From positions 1 to 32,496 of the IMG/VR virus record IMGVR_UViG_3300048856_000017: a stretch of DNA of 32,496 nt, one strand, 5' to 3'. This document shows positions 18,095 through 26,922 of this stretch, piece by piece. The notes under the pieces were generated by a model. The model saw only the letters and a program-made list of their open reading frames with translations. It was not told the origin of the DNA and made no database searches. The DNA comes from a virus (lineage: Duplodnaviria; Caudoviricetes). The translations under genes and the position numbers were made by a program. The first letter of the stretch is position 1, and the number at the start of each line of letters is the position of its first letter.

Positions 18095-20053
18095 ATGGGA
18101 GCCAGTATTACCCTCGCCGGCGAAAGCCTGATTGCCCAGAAGATCGTCGCGAAAAAGCCGCTCAACGTTGTGCGGTTCGTTTTTGCCAACGTGCCCGGTC
18201 TGGATCCGGCGCTGCCGGTCGACCGCGCCGCCGGCAAGCCGCCTGCTGGTCAGATCGTCTACACGCACAACATTGCCATCGACAGCGCCGGCTATGTGAA
18301 CCCCAACCAGGTGGTCTACAGCGCGCAGCTGGGCTCTGACCAGGGCGATTGGGATTTCAACTGGATCGGTCTGGAGACGGACGAAAGCGTCCTGTTTGCG
18401 GTGGCCACCGTCGCCCTGCAGGAGAAGCGCCGCAATATCCCTCCGCTGCAGATCGGTAACAACCTGACCCGCAACTTCCTGGTGGCCTTCGACGGTGCCC
18501 AGGCGCTGACCGGCATCACGATCGATGCCAGCACCTGGCAGCACGATTTCACCATCCGCCTGGCCGGCATCGATGAGCGCGAGCGCCTGAGCAACCGCGA
18601 CATGTTTGGCCGCGCCTGTTTCTTCGGCAGCGCGCTGCAGTTGGAGAAAGTCGGCAGCGCCTACCAGTTGAAACCGGGCGTTGCCTACGTCGAAGGCATC
18701 CGCCTGATGCGATCAGCCGTGCTGCCGGTCGCGCCGGCGAGCTTTCCGACGACCGCCTGGCTGGATGTCGCCCTGCAACGGGAGCTGAACGACGTGGTGG
18801 CCAGCTGGCAGATCGTGTTCGAGGCCGAGCGCCAGGACTACGTCGACAGCCAGGGCGTGCGGCACTACTGCGTGCCGCTCGCGAATCTGGCGACAGCCAC
18901 CAGCATTGTCGACCGTCGCACGGTCGAGCCGATCGATAGCCCGCTGGTCAGCTACTTCGCGTCCCGGGCGTTCGTGCGTGACGAGATTAACAAGCTCGAC
19001 AGCAAGCAGTCGGTCGTGGTGGCGACCACTGGCCCCATCGGCCTCAATGGCTCGCAGCGAATCGACGGGATAGCGGTCGGCTATGGCGATCGGGTTCTGG
19101 TAAAGGACCAGGCAGACGCGGCGCAAAACGGTGTGTACATCGTTGCCGGCGGCAACTGGACGCGGGCCGCCGATGCCGACGTCAGCCTGGAAGTGACGCC
19201 GGGGATGCTGGTTCCAGTCGAGCAGGGCACGCTCAACGGCGACAGCCTCTGGCAGCTGGCCACCGACGGCCCGATCAATCTGGGCGTTACCGCGCTGCAG
19301 TTCGAGGTGGCATCGGGTCCGGCCGGCATCGCCGCCGGCACCTACCGCAGTGTCACGGTCGACAAGCGCGGCCGCGTGATCGGCGGCACCAACCCAAGCA
19401 CGCTGGCCGGCGCGGGCATCACCGACGCGCTAACGACGCTGCAAACCCTGCAGATGCTTCCGTTCCGCGCGCACAAGGTGTTCGCCGTGCCTGGGGTGTT
19501 CTCCTGGACCGTGCCCGATGGCGTTTACCGGGTTTTCGCCAAGGTCATCGGCGCCGGTGGCGGCGGGCGCAACAGCTCCGTGTTCGGTGGTGGCGGTGGT
19601 GGTGGCGGCGTGGCCGAAGGCTTGGTCAACGTCACCCCTGGGCAAGTGATCTCCATCACCGTGGGGGCCGGCGGCGCGGGTGCGTGGTTCGACGTGACCA
19701 ATGGTGTCGGTGGCACCGGTGGTTCATCGGCGTTCGGTCCGTACATGTCCGCAACCGGCGGCAGCAGCGGACAGACCAGCGGGCAGGGCGGTTACTCCGG
19801 TGTCGGCACCGGCGGCGACCTGAACTATGGGCTGGGCGACGGCCACGCGGGCTATCGCGTCAGCACCACGTCCCCGGCGGTCGCCGGTTCCGGCGGCGGT
19901 CCCGGCGGCGCAGGCGTGGCGGTGACGGCATCCAGCGTGAGCAGCGGCGCGCTGCGAACCGGCCGTGGGCCGGGCGGCGGCGGTGGTGGCCGGATGGACA
20001 ACGGCGGTTATGCAGGCGACGGCGCACCTGGTGCCGTCACTATTCTGTACTGA
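18095..20053 (+). CDS. Tail fibre protein
   Basis: N-terminal GDWDFNWIGL anchor domain, DRVLVKDQ..AQNGVY module, AGTYRSVTVDKRGRV repeat, Gly-rich C-terminal domain. Confidence 0.9.
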   Translation: MGASITLAGESLIAQKIVAKKPLNVVRFVFANVPGLDPALPVDRAAGKPPAGQIVYTHNIAIDSAGYVNPNQVVYSAQLGSDQGDWDFNWIGLETDESVLFAVATVALQEKRRNIPPLQIGNNLTRNFLVAFDGAQALTGITIDASTWQHDFTIRLAGIDERERLSNRDMFGRACFFGSALQLEKVGSAYQLKPGVAYVEGIRLMRSAVLPVAPASFPTTAWLDVALQRELNDVVASWQIVFEAERQDYVDSQGVRHYCVPLANLATATSIVDRRTVEPIDSPLVSYFASRAFVRDEINKLDSKQSVVVATTGPIGLNGSQRIDGIAVGYGDRVLVKDQADAAQNGVYIVAGGNWTRAADADVSLEVTPGMLVPVEQGTLNGDSLWQLATDGPINLGVTALQFEVASGPAGIAAGTYRSVTVDKRGRVIGGTNPSTLAGAGITDALTTLQTLQMLPFRAHKVFAVPGVFSWTVPDGVYRVFAKVIGAGGGGRNSSVFGGGGGGGGVAEGLVNVTPGQVISITVGAGGAGAWFDVTNGVGGTGGSSAFGPYMSATGGSSGQTSGQGGYSGVGTGGDLNYGLGDGHAGYRVSTTSPAVAGSGGGPGGAGVAVTASSVSSGALRTGRGPGGGGGGRMDNGGYAGDGAPGAVTILY

Positions 20054-20064
20054 GGAATCCTCAC

Positions 20065-20589
20065 ATGTGGGCACGAATTGAAAACGGCACCGTGGCCGAA
20101 CTCACGGACATTGACCCGGCTGGGCGCTTTCATCCGTCCATGATCTGGATGGCCTGCGCCAAGACCGTGCGCCCGGGCTGGATGCTGGCCAACGGCAAGC
20201 TGCAGCCGCCTGGTGAACTGCTGCCACAATTGCATGAGCGCAAGCTGCAGGAGATCGATCGGGCCTGCGAAGCGGTGATCATCGCCGGCTTCTCGTCGTC
20301 TGCGCTCGGCACACCGCATGCCTACAGCAGCGAGATTCATGACCAGCTGAACCTGACAGGCGCAGTGCAGACGGGGCTGGACCTGCCGCACCCTTGCCGC
20401 AGCGAGGACGGCACCAGGGAATTCCTGATGCACACCAGCGCGCAGCTGCAGGAGGTCGGGCGGGATCTAGCCGTGTACAAGGTCAAGCTGCTGGAATACG
20501 CGCATCTGCTCAAGCACAAGCTGGACCTGGCCCTGGCCGCCGAGGACCAGGCCACCATGGAAGCCGTGGTCTGGGGCGAGCAGCCATGA
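20065..20589 (+). CDS. Tail fibre assembly-like protein (DUF4376-like)
   Basis: GAGG RBS; MWARIENGTVAELTDIDPAGRFHPSMIW...; GFSSSALGTPHAYSS..DQLNL. Confidence 0.78.
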   Translation: MWARIENGTVAELTDIDPAGRFHPSMIWMACAKTVRPGWMLANGKLQPPGELLPQLHERKLQEIDRACEAVIIAGFSSSALGTPHAYSSEIHDQLNLTGAVQTGLDLPHPCRSEDGTREFLMHTSAQLQEVGRDLAVYKVKLLEYAHLLKHKLDLALAAEDQATMEAVVWGEQP

Positions 20590-21512
20590 ACTGGACCCCC
20601 GTGGCCATGCGCTGGCCTGAACAGTCCACAAAGTGGATGGACGACCTGGCGGGTGTCCAGGGCATGGCCACCGCCGAGCTGGGGAAGACGGCCGAGCGCG
20701 TTACAGGGCTGGTCGACCTGGTCAAGATCGATGCCAGCCAACTGGGCGCGCTGGCCAAGACGGCAGCGGACAAGAGCCTGGCCGCGCTCGATGCGCAATT
20801 TGGCGAGGTGCCGCGCTGCATCACCGTGACGCCGTTTCAAAGCGGCGTCGGCCAAGGCAAGGGCAGTCAACGCTTCCTGTCCGCGCCCAACCTGCTGCAG
20901 CGGCTGGCCGACAAGCTGCAGGACGGCAACGACGGCAACCTGCCGACCGGCGAGCAGCACGCCCTGGTGATCCTGTTCCTGGGCACGCGGTACGACGGTC
21001 TGGCCAGCAGCCTGGCGAAGTTCAACGCTCTGCTGCCGATCGCCGATCTGCAGAAGGCCGAACGCCGCGCCGGCAACCTGTTCACCCTGGAGGCCGAGAA
21101 GTGGACCTTGCCCACCGCCGGCGCGCTGCCGCGCTGGTCGGATCTGCCGCTGGAGCGCTGCACCCTGGTGAAGGACGCCAAACAAGCCATCAGCAGCCAG
21201 GTGGCCCGGTTGGAAAGCTACGCGGCCGACAGCTCGCCGCTGAGCGATCTGGCCGCGATGGCCCAGCGCAAAGCCGACCAGGCGGTCAGCCAGGCCGGCA
21301 ACCTGACGGCGCTGAAAGAGCTACTGGCCAACGGCACGCCCGACGCCACGATGCAGGCCCGGTTGCTGGGTCCGGGTGACACCACCGAGCTGCGCAAGCA
21401 GCTGCTGGCCGGCGACGATTCACCAGGGCATGAATGGGTGTTGTCGTCCGGCGTCATGCTGGTGGGCTCGCTGCAGGGACTCGCGTTCGTGCGCGAGCTG
21501 GTGGGCCTATGA
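20586..21512 (+). CDS. Conserved tail-region hypothetical protein
   Basis: ATGA coupling at both ends; MNWTPVAMRWP...; high-GC codon usage. Confidence 0.8.
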   Translation: MNWTPVAMRWPEQSTKWMDDLAGVQGMATAELGKTAERVTGLVDLVKIDASQLGALAKTAADKSLAALDAQFGEVPRCITVTPFQSGVGQGKGSQRFLSAPNLLQRLADKLQDGNDGNLPTGEQHALVILFLGTRYDGLASSLAKFNALLPIADLQKAERRAGNLFTLEAEKWTLPTAGALPRWSDLPLERCTLVKDAKQAISSQVARLESYAADSSPLSDLAAMAQRKADQAVSQAGNLTALKELLANGTPDATMQARLLGPGDTTELRKQLLAGDDSPGHEWVLSSGVMLVGSLQGLAFVRELVGL

Positions 21513-22054
21513 CGCTGTTGCTCAACGGCCAGCAGATCCTCGGCAACCGCATGAAGGTCACGGCCAACCTGCGGATCGAGGCCGACGACATGGGCGGGCA
21601 GACGTCCGGTACCGAGAAGTCGCACAAGGGTTTCAAGCCCAAGACGCTGACCGTGGCCATGACCATCCCTTACCGGGAGAAAGCGGACCTGCGCACCCTG
21701 ATGCGCCTGGCCGAAGGGACCGAAAAGGGCGGGCAGCTGACCACCTACCGGGTCGTCAACGACACGGCCGAGGCCTTCGGCATCCGCCAGGTGACGTTCG
21801 CCGATGGCGTCAGCGCCCGGGAGGACGACAGCCTGGCGCAGTGGATCATCCAGTTCACCCTGAGCGAAAAGCTTTCCAATCCGGAAAAGGTCGAGAACCG
21901 CCGCGCTGGCAACGCCGTGACGTCGCAGTCTGCCCAGGGCGATGGTGTGGCCGGGTCTGGCAGCGCCGGCGGATCCGGCAGCGCCCCCAAGGAACTGACC
22001 GGCTTTGAGGCCGTGCTGAAGAAAGTCGACACCTACCTGGGCGAACCGGCATGA
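21509..22054 (+). CDS. Tail/baseplate-associated protein
   Basis: MTLLLNGQQI...DMGGQTSGT..KGFKPKTL; coupled to its neighbours; HP1-like synteny. Confidence 0.75.
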   Translation: MTLLLNGQQILGNRMKVTANLRIEADDMGGQTSGTEKSHKGFKPKTLTVAMTIPYREKADLRTLMRLAEGTEKGGQLTTYRVVNDTAEAFGIRQVTFADGVSAREDDSLAQWIIQFTLSEKLSNPEKVENRRAGNAVTSQSAQGDGVAGSGSAGGSGSAPKELTGFEAVLKKVDTYLGEPA

Positions 22055-22749
22055 GCATGAAACTGCACAAGGTGCTGACCATCAACGGCGCGGTCGTTTC
22101 CCTAGTGAACGACGACGTTCGGCTTGACCTCAAGAGCCCGGGCCGGGCCACGTTCACCGTCCAGGGCGGTGCACAGGTCAAAGGCCTGGTCACGCTGGAC
22201 ATCGGTTACAACGAGTCCGCGCTGCAGCGGCACTTCATTGGCTACGTGGAGCGCTGCACTGCGGCTAACGGCATCGAGCAGGTGGTGTACTGCCGCGAGC
22301 TGGCCGCTGTGCTCGCCGGCAAGCTGCCGATGAACCTGCGGCACGTCGACATGCGGGCCGTGCTGGTCGACGTCAGCAGCAAGACCGGTCTGCGTTTCCG
22401 CGTACCCGATCGGGACTACACGCGGGTCAAGGCACCGTTCTTCTACAGCCTGGCGTCCGGCACGCTGGCCATGGACAGCCTGGCCAAGGTGTTCGGTATC
22501 GACGATTTCATCTGGCAGCAGCAGGGCGACGGCGAGGTGTTCGCCGGATCCTGGGCTGACAGCTTTTTCGGCGCACGCGCGCCGCTGCAACTCCCGCCCA
22601 ATCTGTTCGACGGCTACCAGGGCAACCAGAGCGCAATGATCGCGGCCCTGCCCGGCCTGCGTCCGGGCGCGACAATCAACCAGGGGGAGCGCATCACCAG
22701 CGTGACGCTCGCCGGCACACAGATGGCGATCAAATGGACGAGTCAATAA
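22051..22749 (+). CDS. Baseplate hub-like protein
   Basis: Coupled ORF; IWQQQGDGEVFAGSWADS; position before the spike gene. Function inferred from synteny. Confidence 0.7.
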   Translation: MSMKLHKVLTINGAVVSLVNDDVRLDLKSPGRATFTVQGGAQVKGLVTLDIGYNESALQRHFIGYVERCTAANGIEQVVYCRELAAVLAGKLPMNLRHVDMRAVLVDVSSKTGLRFRVPDRDYTRVKAPFFYSLASGTLAMDSLAKVFGIDDFIWQQQGDGEVFAGSWADSFFGARAPLQLPPNLFDGYQGNQSAMIAALPGLRPGATINQGERITSVTLAGTQMAIKWTSQ

Positions 22750-23708
22750 AGCGCAGCGTAGAGCGCCAGTTTCCCGAGCTGACCGGCGGGTACCACCTGC
22801 CGCGCTTTGCCCGGGTGGTGGGAGTGGCCGACGCGCCGGCCGGTGCTGGCCTGTGTGACGACTTCCGGCCACGCTACGCGGTCGACATCGAGGTGCTGAC
22901 ACCAGACGGCGAGGCCGATCCGGACATGCCGATCCTGTCGGGCGTGCCGCTGCCTCTGGCCAACGGCGGCGAAGAAATGGGCATGTACGGGTTCCCGGAA
23001 GAGGGCACCCGCGTGGTCGTGTGCTTCGCTTACGGCCTGCCGAGCAGTCCCTACATCCAGACGATCTTGCCGCATGGCCTGAGCCTGCCCAGGGTGCCGA
23101 AGGGCGACCAGGTGTGGCAGCACAGCGACGCGGTGCAACAGCGCGTCGACGCGGATGGTAACTGGACCAGGAGCACTGACGGCAAGATCCGCGACGAAGC
23201 GATCGAGCGCGAGGTGCAGGCCCTTGGCAACCGCGAGCAGTTCCAGAGCCACACGCAGGCCGTCGAGCAGCATTCGACCGAGACGGTGGGAGGCGTGAAG
23301 AAGATCGAAGCCCTGGGCGCGCTCAAGCTGCTGTCTGGCGGCACCGCGAGCCTGGCGGCAGTGGATGATCTGCACCAGGCGACCGGCCGCGATTACAATC
23401 TGGTGGTAAGCAAAAAGTACAACGCGGCGGTCGGTGGTGATATGGCCGAGCGGATTCATGGCATTCGCGAGAGTGTTACCCAAGGCAGCCAACGCCTGCA
23501 GGCAACGAAGAACTGGGTGGGATCTGGCAGCATCAACATCTTTCAGGTGGTGTGTGACTTGCTCGATCTGGTCCAGGAGATGAACATGCAGATCGCCGCG
23601 CATGTCCATCCTCAGAACGGCCAAGTTCCAACCACTGCTGCAGTTTTCGCCGACGATGCTGCCCAAGCGGCCCTCCTCGCGGCAATGCTAAGGAGCGTAA
23701 CGCTTTAA
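22734..23708 (+). CDS. Baseplate spike (gpV-like) protein
   Basis: DDFRPRYAVDIEVL, FPEEGTRVVVCFAYG OB-fold-like region, beta-repeat region and terminal HVH metal motif. Confidence 0.75.
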   Translation: MDESIKRSVERQFPELTGGYHLPRFARVVGVADAPAGAGLCDDFRPRYAVDIEVLTPDGEADPDMPILSGVPLPLANGGEEMGMYGFPEEGTRVVVCFAYGLPSSPYIQTILPHGLSLPRVPKGDQVWQHSDAVQQRVDADGNWTRSTDGKIRDEAIEREVQALGNREQFQSHTQAVEQHSTETVGGVKKIEALGALKLLSGGTASLAAVDDLHQATGRDYNLVVSKKYNAAVGGDMAERIHGIRESVTQGSQRLQATKNWVGSGSINIFQVVCDLLDLVQEMNMQIAAHVHPQNGQVPTTAAVFADDAAQAALLAAMLRSVTL

Positions 23709-23714
23709 CAGACG

Positions 23715-24833
23715 TCAAGCCTCGGGGGCTAGGTCGCCAAATTCTCCAGATTCCAGACATTCTTTTGCGCAATTCACTGTCTGTTCCAAAACCGCTCTCG
23801 GGTCAGCTCGTCCATTGATCTGCTCCATCACATAATTTCGGACGTAATACATGGGGTGTTTTTGCGGGTCTAAGATGGCCAGCATTGTCTCTTTCAGACA
23901 GGTGCGAAATTTATCTTTCAGTAACGTATTTATTGTATCAGTCGAAGCTTGCATGTCATTGGAGTGCGGCGCTTGTATTTTTGCGTCTATGATTTCGTCT
24001 ATGACTGATCTGTGCCAGACGACACCGATTTGGGCTTCAAGTTCTGATGTGTCGCCAATCCTACCGATGTATATGCCCGTCAAAATTGCAGCCGGTTTAC
24101 CTAAGTGCTGGGTCACGCCCCCCGCCTTTAGAATCCCATGCTTACTGTAATGAAAAACAGGAGCGCCGGACATCCCGCTTTTGGATGCGCAATCAATCAA
24201 GAACTTTTGTTGGTTATTCCAGCCTGGGGATACGGAGGAGGCCACGGTGGCCCGTTTCCAAATTGGATTTCCGGTCCAGTCGGTGATGCCCTGGGGGTAA
24301 CCAGGGATGAACAATTCATCGGTGGGCTGCAGCAAATTCAGCCAGCTATTGATTAGGTCTTTGTCAGCCGGCTCGCAATCCTGTACCGAGGTAACGGTAA
24401 GGTCAGGTTGGCCGAAAACAGGCTGGCGAAGCGTCATCCTATGAGAGTGATTTTCTGTGCCGGCATAGTACTCGTGTACGTACGGATGATTCATATCCAG
24501 CGGGATAGCGACTACATCTACTCTTGGCCATCCTAGCGGATGGATGTAGTAGTACGTTGTGTCATGGAGATCCTCAACAGGCAGAACAAACTGCATTCGA
24601 AATCCACCGAAACTCGAATTTCTCGAAAGCCCGACCAAGATGTTGTCAGGTACTGCCAAGTACTTCTTATCTAAGAGCTGGTAGTTTTCGTTATGCCTAC
24701 CGGTGACATTGTGCCAAGCGGTTACCAAATAGTGGTTGGAATCCTTCTCATATATAACCCCTGAACCTATAGCTAATACGGTCGAGCCCCTACGCATTGT
24801 GAGGTGGGTGACGGTGTTGCTCGCGTCGTACAT
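23715..24833 (-). CDS. Cargo trypsin-like serine protease with C-terminal helical extension
   Basis: GSG, LVTAWH (H41), VDVVAI (D106), GYP, SGMSGAPV (S222); AT-richer than the flanks; AAGGGAG RBS; no signal peptide evident. Confidence 0.88.
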   Translation of the reverse strand: MYDASNTVTHLTMRRGSTVLAIGSGVIYEKDSNHYLVTAWHNVTGRHNENYQLLDKKYLAVPDNILVGLSRNSSFGGFRMQFVLPVEDLHDTTYYYIHPLGWPRVDVVAIPLDMNHPYVHEYYAGTENHSHRMTLRQPVFGQPDLTVTSVQDCEPADKDLINSWLNLLQPTDELFIPGYPQGITDWTGNPIWKRATVASSVSPGWNNQQKFLIDCASKSGMSGAPVFHYSKHGILKAGGVTQHLGKPAAILTGIYIGRIGDTSELEAQIGVVWHRSVIDEIIDAKIQAPHSNDMQASTDTINTLLKDKFRTCLKETMLAILDPQKHPMYYVRNYVMEQINGRADPRAVLEQTVNCAKECLESGEFGDLAPEA

Positions 24834-25236
24834 TGGTACTCCCTTAATTTGTAAAGCGGCATTTGGCTATAGACTCTGAAGTCGTTCTATTCCGGGGAAG
24901 TATCACAACCCAATCTAGACGAGGCGAGCTGTGCGAACCCAACATATAAAGGCTCAATTAAATCCGCCGCGAAGCCGCCGCTAGTATTGAGGCCGAGTGC
25001 GAATCCTTAGGCCCCGTGTCAGGTGATCAGCAACGCTTGCTGTGATTCAGCCACCACAATCATGGCTTTCGGCCGGGCCACGACTCTCTTCAGCTCTAAA
25101 TGCATTTCGAGCCCGCTCAAGTCAATAGTCCTTGAACTCCTCATCACTAAATCTCTCACCCGCCTTCCTCGTCGCACTGCAGAATATATCCATGCTTCGT
25201 AAAAAGCCCGCTGCGAAAAAAAACTGCTGGAAAAAA

Positions 25237-25260
25237 CACTTATCCCCCTCCCGCCGACGG
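25237..25260 (-). other. Candidate cos site
   Basis: Minus strand CCGTCGGCGGGAGGGGGATAAGTG resembles P2-family cohesive ends (P2 GGCGAGGCGGGGAAAGCAC); located between tail genes and attP, as in HP1-like phages. Confidence 0.55.
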
Positions 25261-25610
25261 GTTCCGTATCCTTTTTTTGTGCAAACCGAAAGGCAGTGCA
25301 AACGATTCCTCAGGCCAGGCGGGCTGCGGGCTTCTGTGGGGCAAGGGCAATTGCACAGAGTGCAAAGTTTTGAGAAGAAATGAAGCGCGCTTGCATGGCG
25401 TGATAAGGACCCGTCACGAAGGGGGAGTTGCGGAAAGGCCCGGATTCATTGGGCAAAAAATCTTAAAACCCTAGGTTTGTCGGGTTTCCAAATTGGGCTG
25501 TGATGAAATACTTACGGGATTCAGGAGGAATAGGCCTACAAGGAATTCTCCTGCAAGCCTTGTGCTGGAAGGCCTGCAGGCCGGTGGGGGTCGTTCACCG
25601 CATTGCACGG

Positions 25611-26081
25611 CTAATCTCGGGGTTCAAATATCATGCACCGGACTGACTTCTTCGATAGCACGCTGGCCACGCTTCGGTTTGGCTCGATGAACCTGGGGCT
25701 TTCGGACTCTGCTAAGAGCTTGCGTAACGATGCGTCGATTGTCAGTCCGCAGCGGTATTTATCGAAGCGGATTTGTAGGTCTTTGAGGTTGATCGCCAGT
25801 GTCGACTTAGGGTTTGCTGAGTGGTTGTAAGGTTCACCCTTACCGTCAAGCAGGTCGAGTGCCGACCAGAACGGTGCTAAGGCCTCTGCAGTCGACTGTT
25901 CGGGCAAGCCGATCTCCTGGAGTGGTGGCGGCTGTAAGCCAAGCAGGGTAGAGAAGTGGGTCAGTTGTTCATGGATGGCCGAACGCAGCGCGTTATTCCT
26001 GGTTCGATGCAGTTCTCTCAGCAGGAAAATCCTATGACGGGACATTGCTATCTGTTCAGTCACACTAAAACTGGTCGGCAT
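25611..26081 (-). CDS. Protein with a stand-alone homologue of the replicase C-terminal domain
   Basis: GAGGAG RBS before ATG 26081; FW..L..NHS..AINL.D..S..P.FIE.NRS..S..K.VRC..F shared with the C-terminus of the 30033 ORF. Confidence 0.85.
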   Translation of the reverse strand: MPTSFSVTEQIAMSRHRIFLLRELHRTRNNALRSAIHEQLTHFSTLLGLQPPPLQEIGLPEQSTAEALAPFWSALDLLDGKGEPYNHSANPKSTLAINLKDLQIRFDKYRCGLTIDASLRKLLAESESPRFIEPNRSVASVLSKKSVRCMIFEPRD

Positions 26082-26371
26082 CTTTATCTCCTCTGTGCAC
26101 TTCGGCAAACGTCATTCCAGCTAACTGCAGCACCCTGCTCACGTCCTCGCCAAGCACCGCCATGGAAAACGCCATTATCTACGGTGTCATCGAATTTAGA
26201 CGCTGAACCTCTCTGACGAAGATCGTCACCAGCTGGATGGAATCCTGGCTCCGGCGCAACTTGTCGAACTCATCTTCTATGAGAGCTGTAGGGGCGGTCG
26301 TTGCGCACCGCCTTCGGCTCTAAGCGTTCCACGCAAAACGTGACTGATTCGCTTGAATTCGTTCTAGGAAA

Positions 26372-26685
26372 GGGGGTGGGGTAGAAAAAATAGCGATATG
26401 AGCGATACGCCACATCAAAGCGGCTGGAGCCCGCGGATTTGCTGGGTTCCCATATCGCTATGAGAAGGTAATACGAAGCGATATTTACGTAACATTTTCA
26501 CCAAAGGCCCGGATTCATTGGGTTCTAGGGAAAAGAAATATAGCTATTAGGAAAGGTAATACTATCGCTTTCATATCGCTCAAATATCGCCTTTTCTCGA
26601 AAACGCTGAAAGCCTTGATTCACAAGGGCTCTAGCCGTTTCCGTGGCAGCATATTACTTATATCGCTCTTTTTTTGGCCCCCCAC
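26372..26685. repeat. Iteron cluster, candidate replication origin
   Basis: AGCGATAT/ATATCGCT and GGTAATAC variants in both orientations (26392, 26401, 26452, 26466, 26477, 26555, 26562, 26573, 26584, 26651, 26660); the two ends form an imperfect inverted repeat; AT-rich and non-coding. Confidence 0.7.
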
Positions 26686-26838
26686 AAATTTTCAGGAGGC
26701 GGGCGCTACGGGGGCTGTGGTCAGGATCTCGCGCTGCTGTGCTCAGGCATCCATGACCGCTGGGGAATTTGACTCACTGAAGCGCGCAAGGCGATCGCAT
26801 ACCGTGTCTTGTTACGTGCCTTGTTACGTGTGACGCAA

Positions 26839-26874
26839 AAACAAAGGGCCTGCATCGCTGCAAGCCCTTGTTTT
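26839..26874 (-). terminator. Terminator that would follow the reconstituted tRNA after integration
   Basis: AACAAAGGGC...GCCCTTGTT hairpin with A/T tails, immediately 3' of the tRNA CCA. Confidence 0.7.
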
Positions 26875-26877
26875 GTA

Positions 26878-26922
26878 TGGTGCCGGCACCAGGAGTCGAA
26901 CCCGGGACCTACTGATTACAAG
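26878..26922 (-). tRNA. 3' half of tRNA-Thr(TGT), serving as att core; not a full tRNA gene
   Basis: CTTGTAATCAGTAGGTCCCGGGTTCGACTCCTGGTGCCGGCACCA contains the anticodon loop, T-arm and CCA; there is no D-arm or 5' acceptor strand. Confidence 0.92.

Noticed and set aside
18095-20589. Diversity-generating retroelement or invertible fibre cassette
   Set aside because: No reverse transcriptase, invertase or template-repeat duplicate was seen.
25019-25144. 41-codon minus-strand ORF upstream of the protease as a partner gene
   Set aside because: Short, with no recognisable motif; it cannot be supported from sequence alone.
25176-25195. LexA/SOS box
   Set aside because: CTGCAGAATATATCCA lacks the required CTG-N10-CAG symmetry; I noticed no convincing SOS box elsewhere either.
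26162-26343. Possible third CI-CTD-like remnant (MENAIIYGVIEFRR / LSDEDRHQLDGILA)
   Set aside because: Requires a stop plus a frame change, and the similarity is too short to support.
26372-26685. CRISPR-like or anti-CRISPR repeat array
   Set aside because: Repeats are 8-mers in mixed orientation with irregular spacing, and there are no cas genes.
26878-26922. Functional tRNA gene
   Set aside because: Only the 3' half is present; it is explained as the att core.
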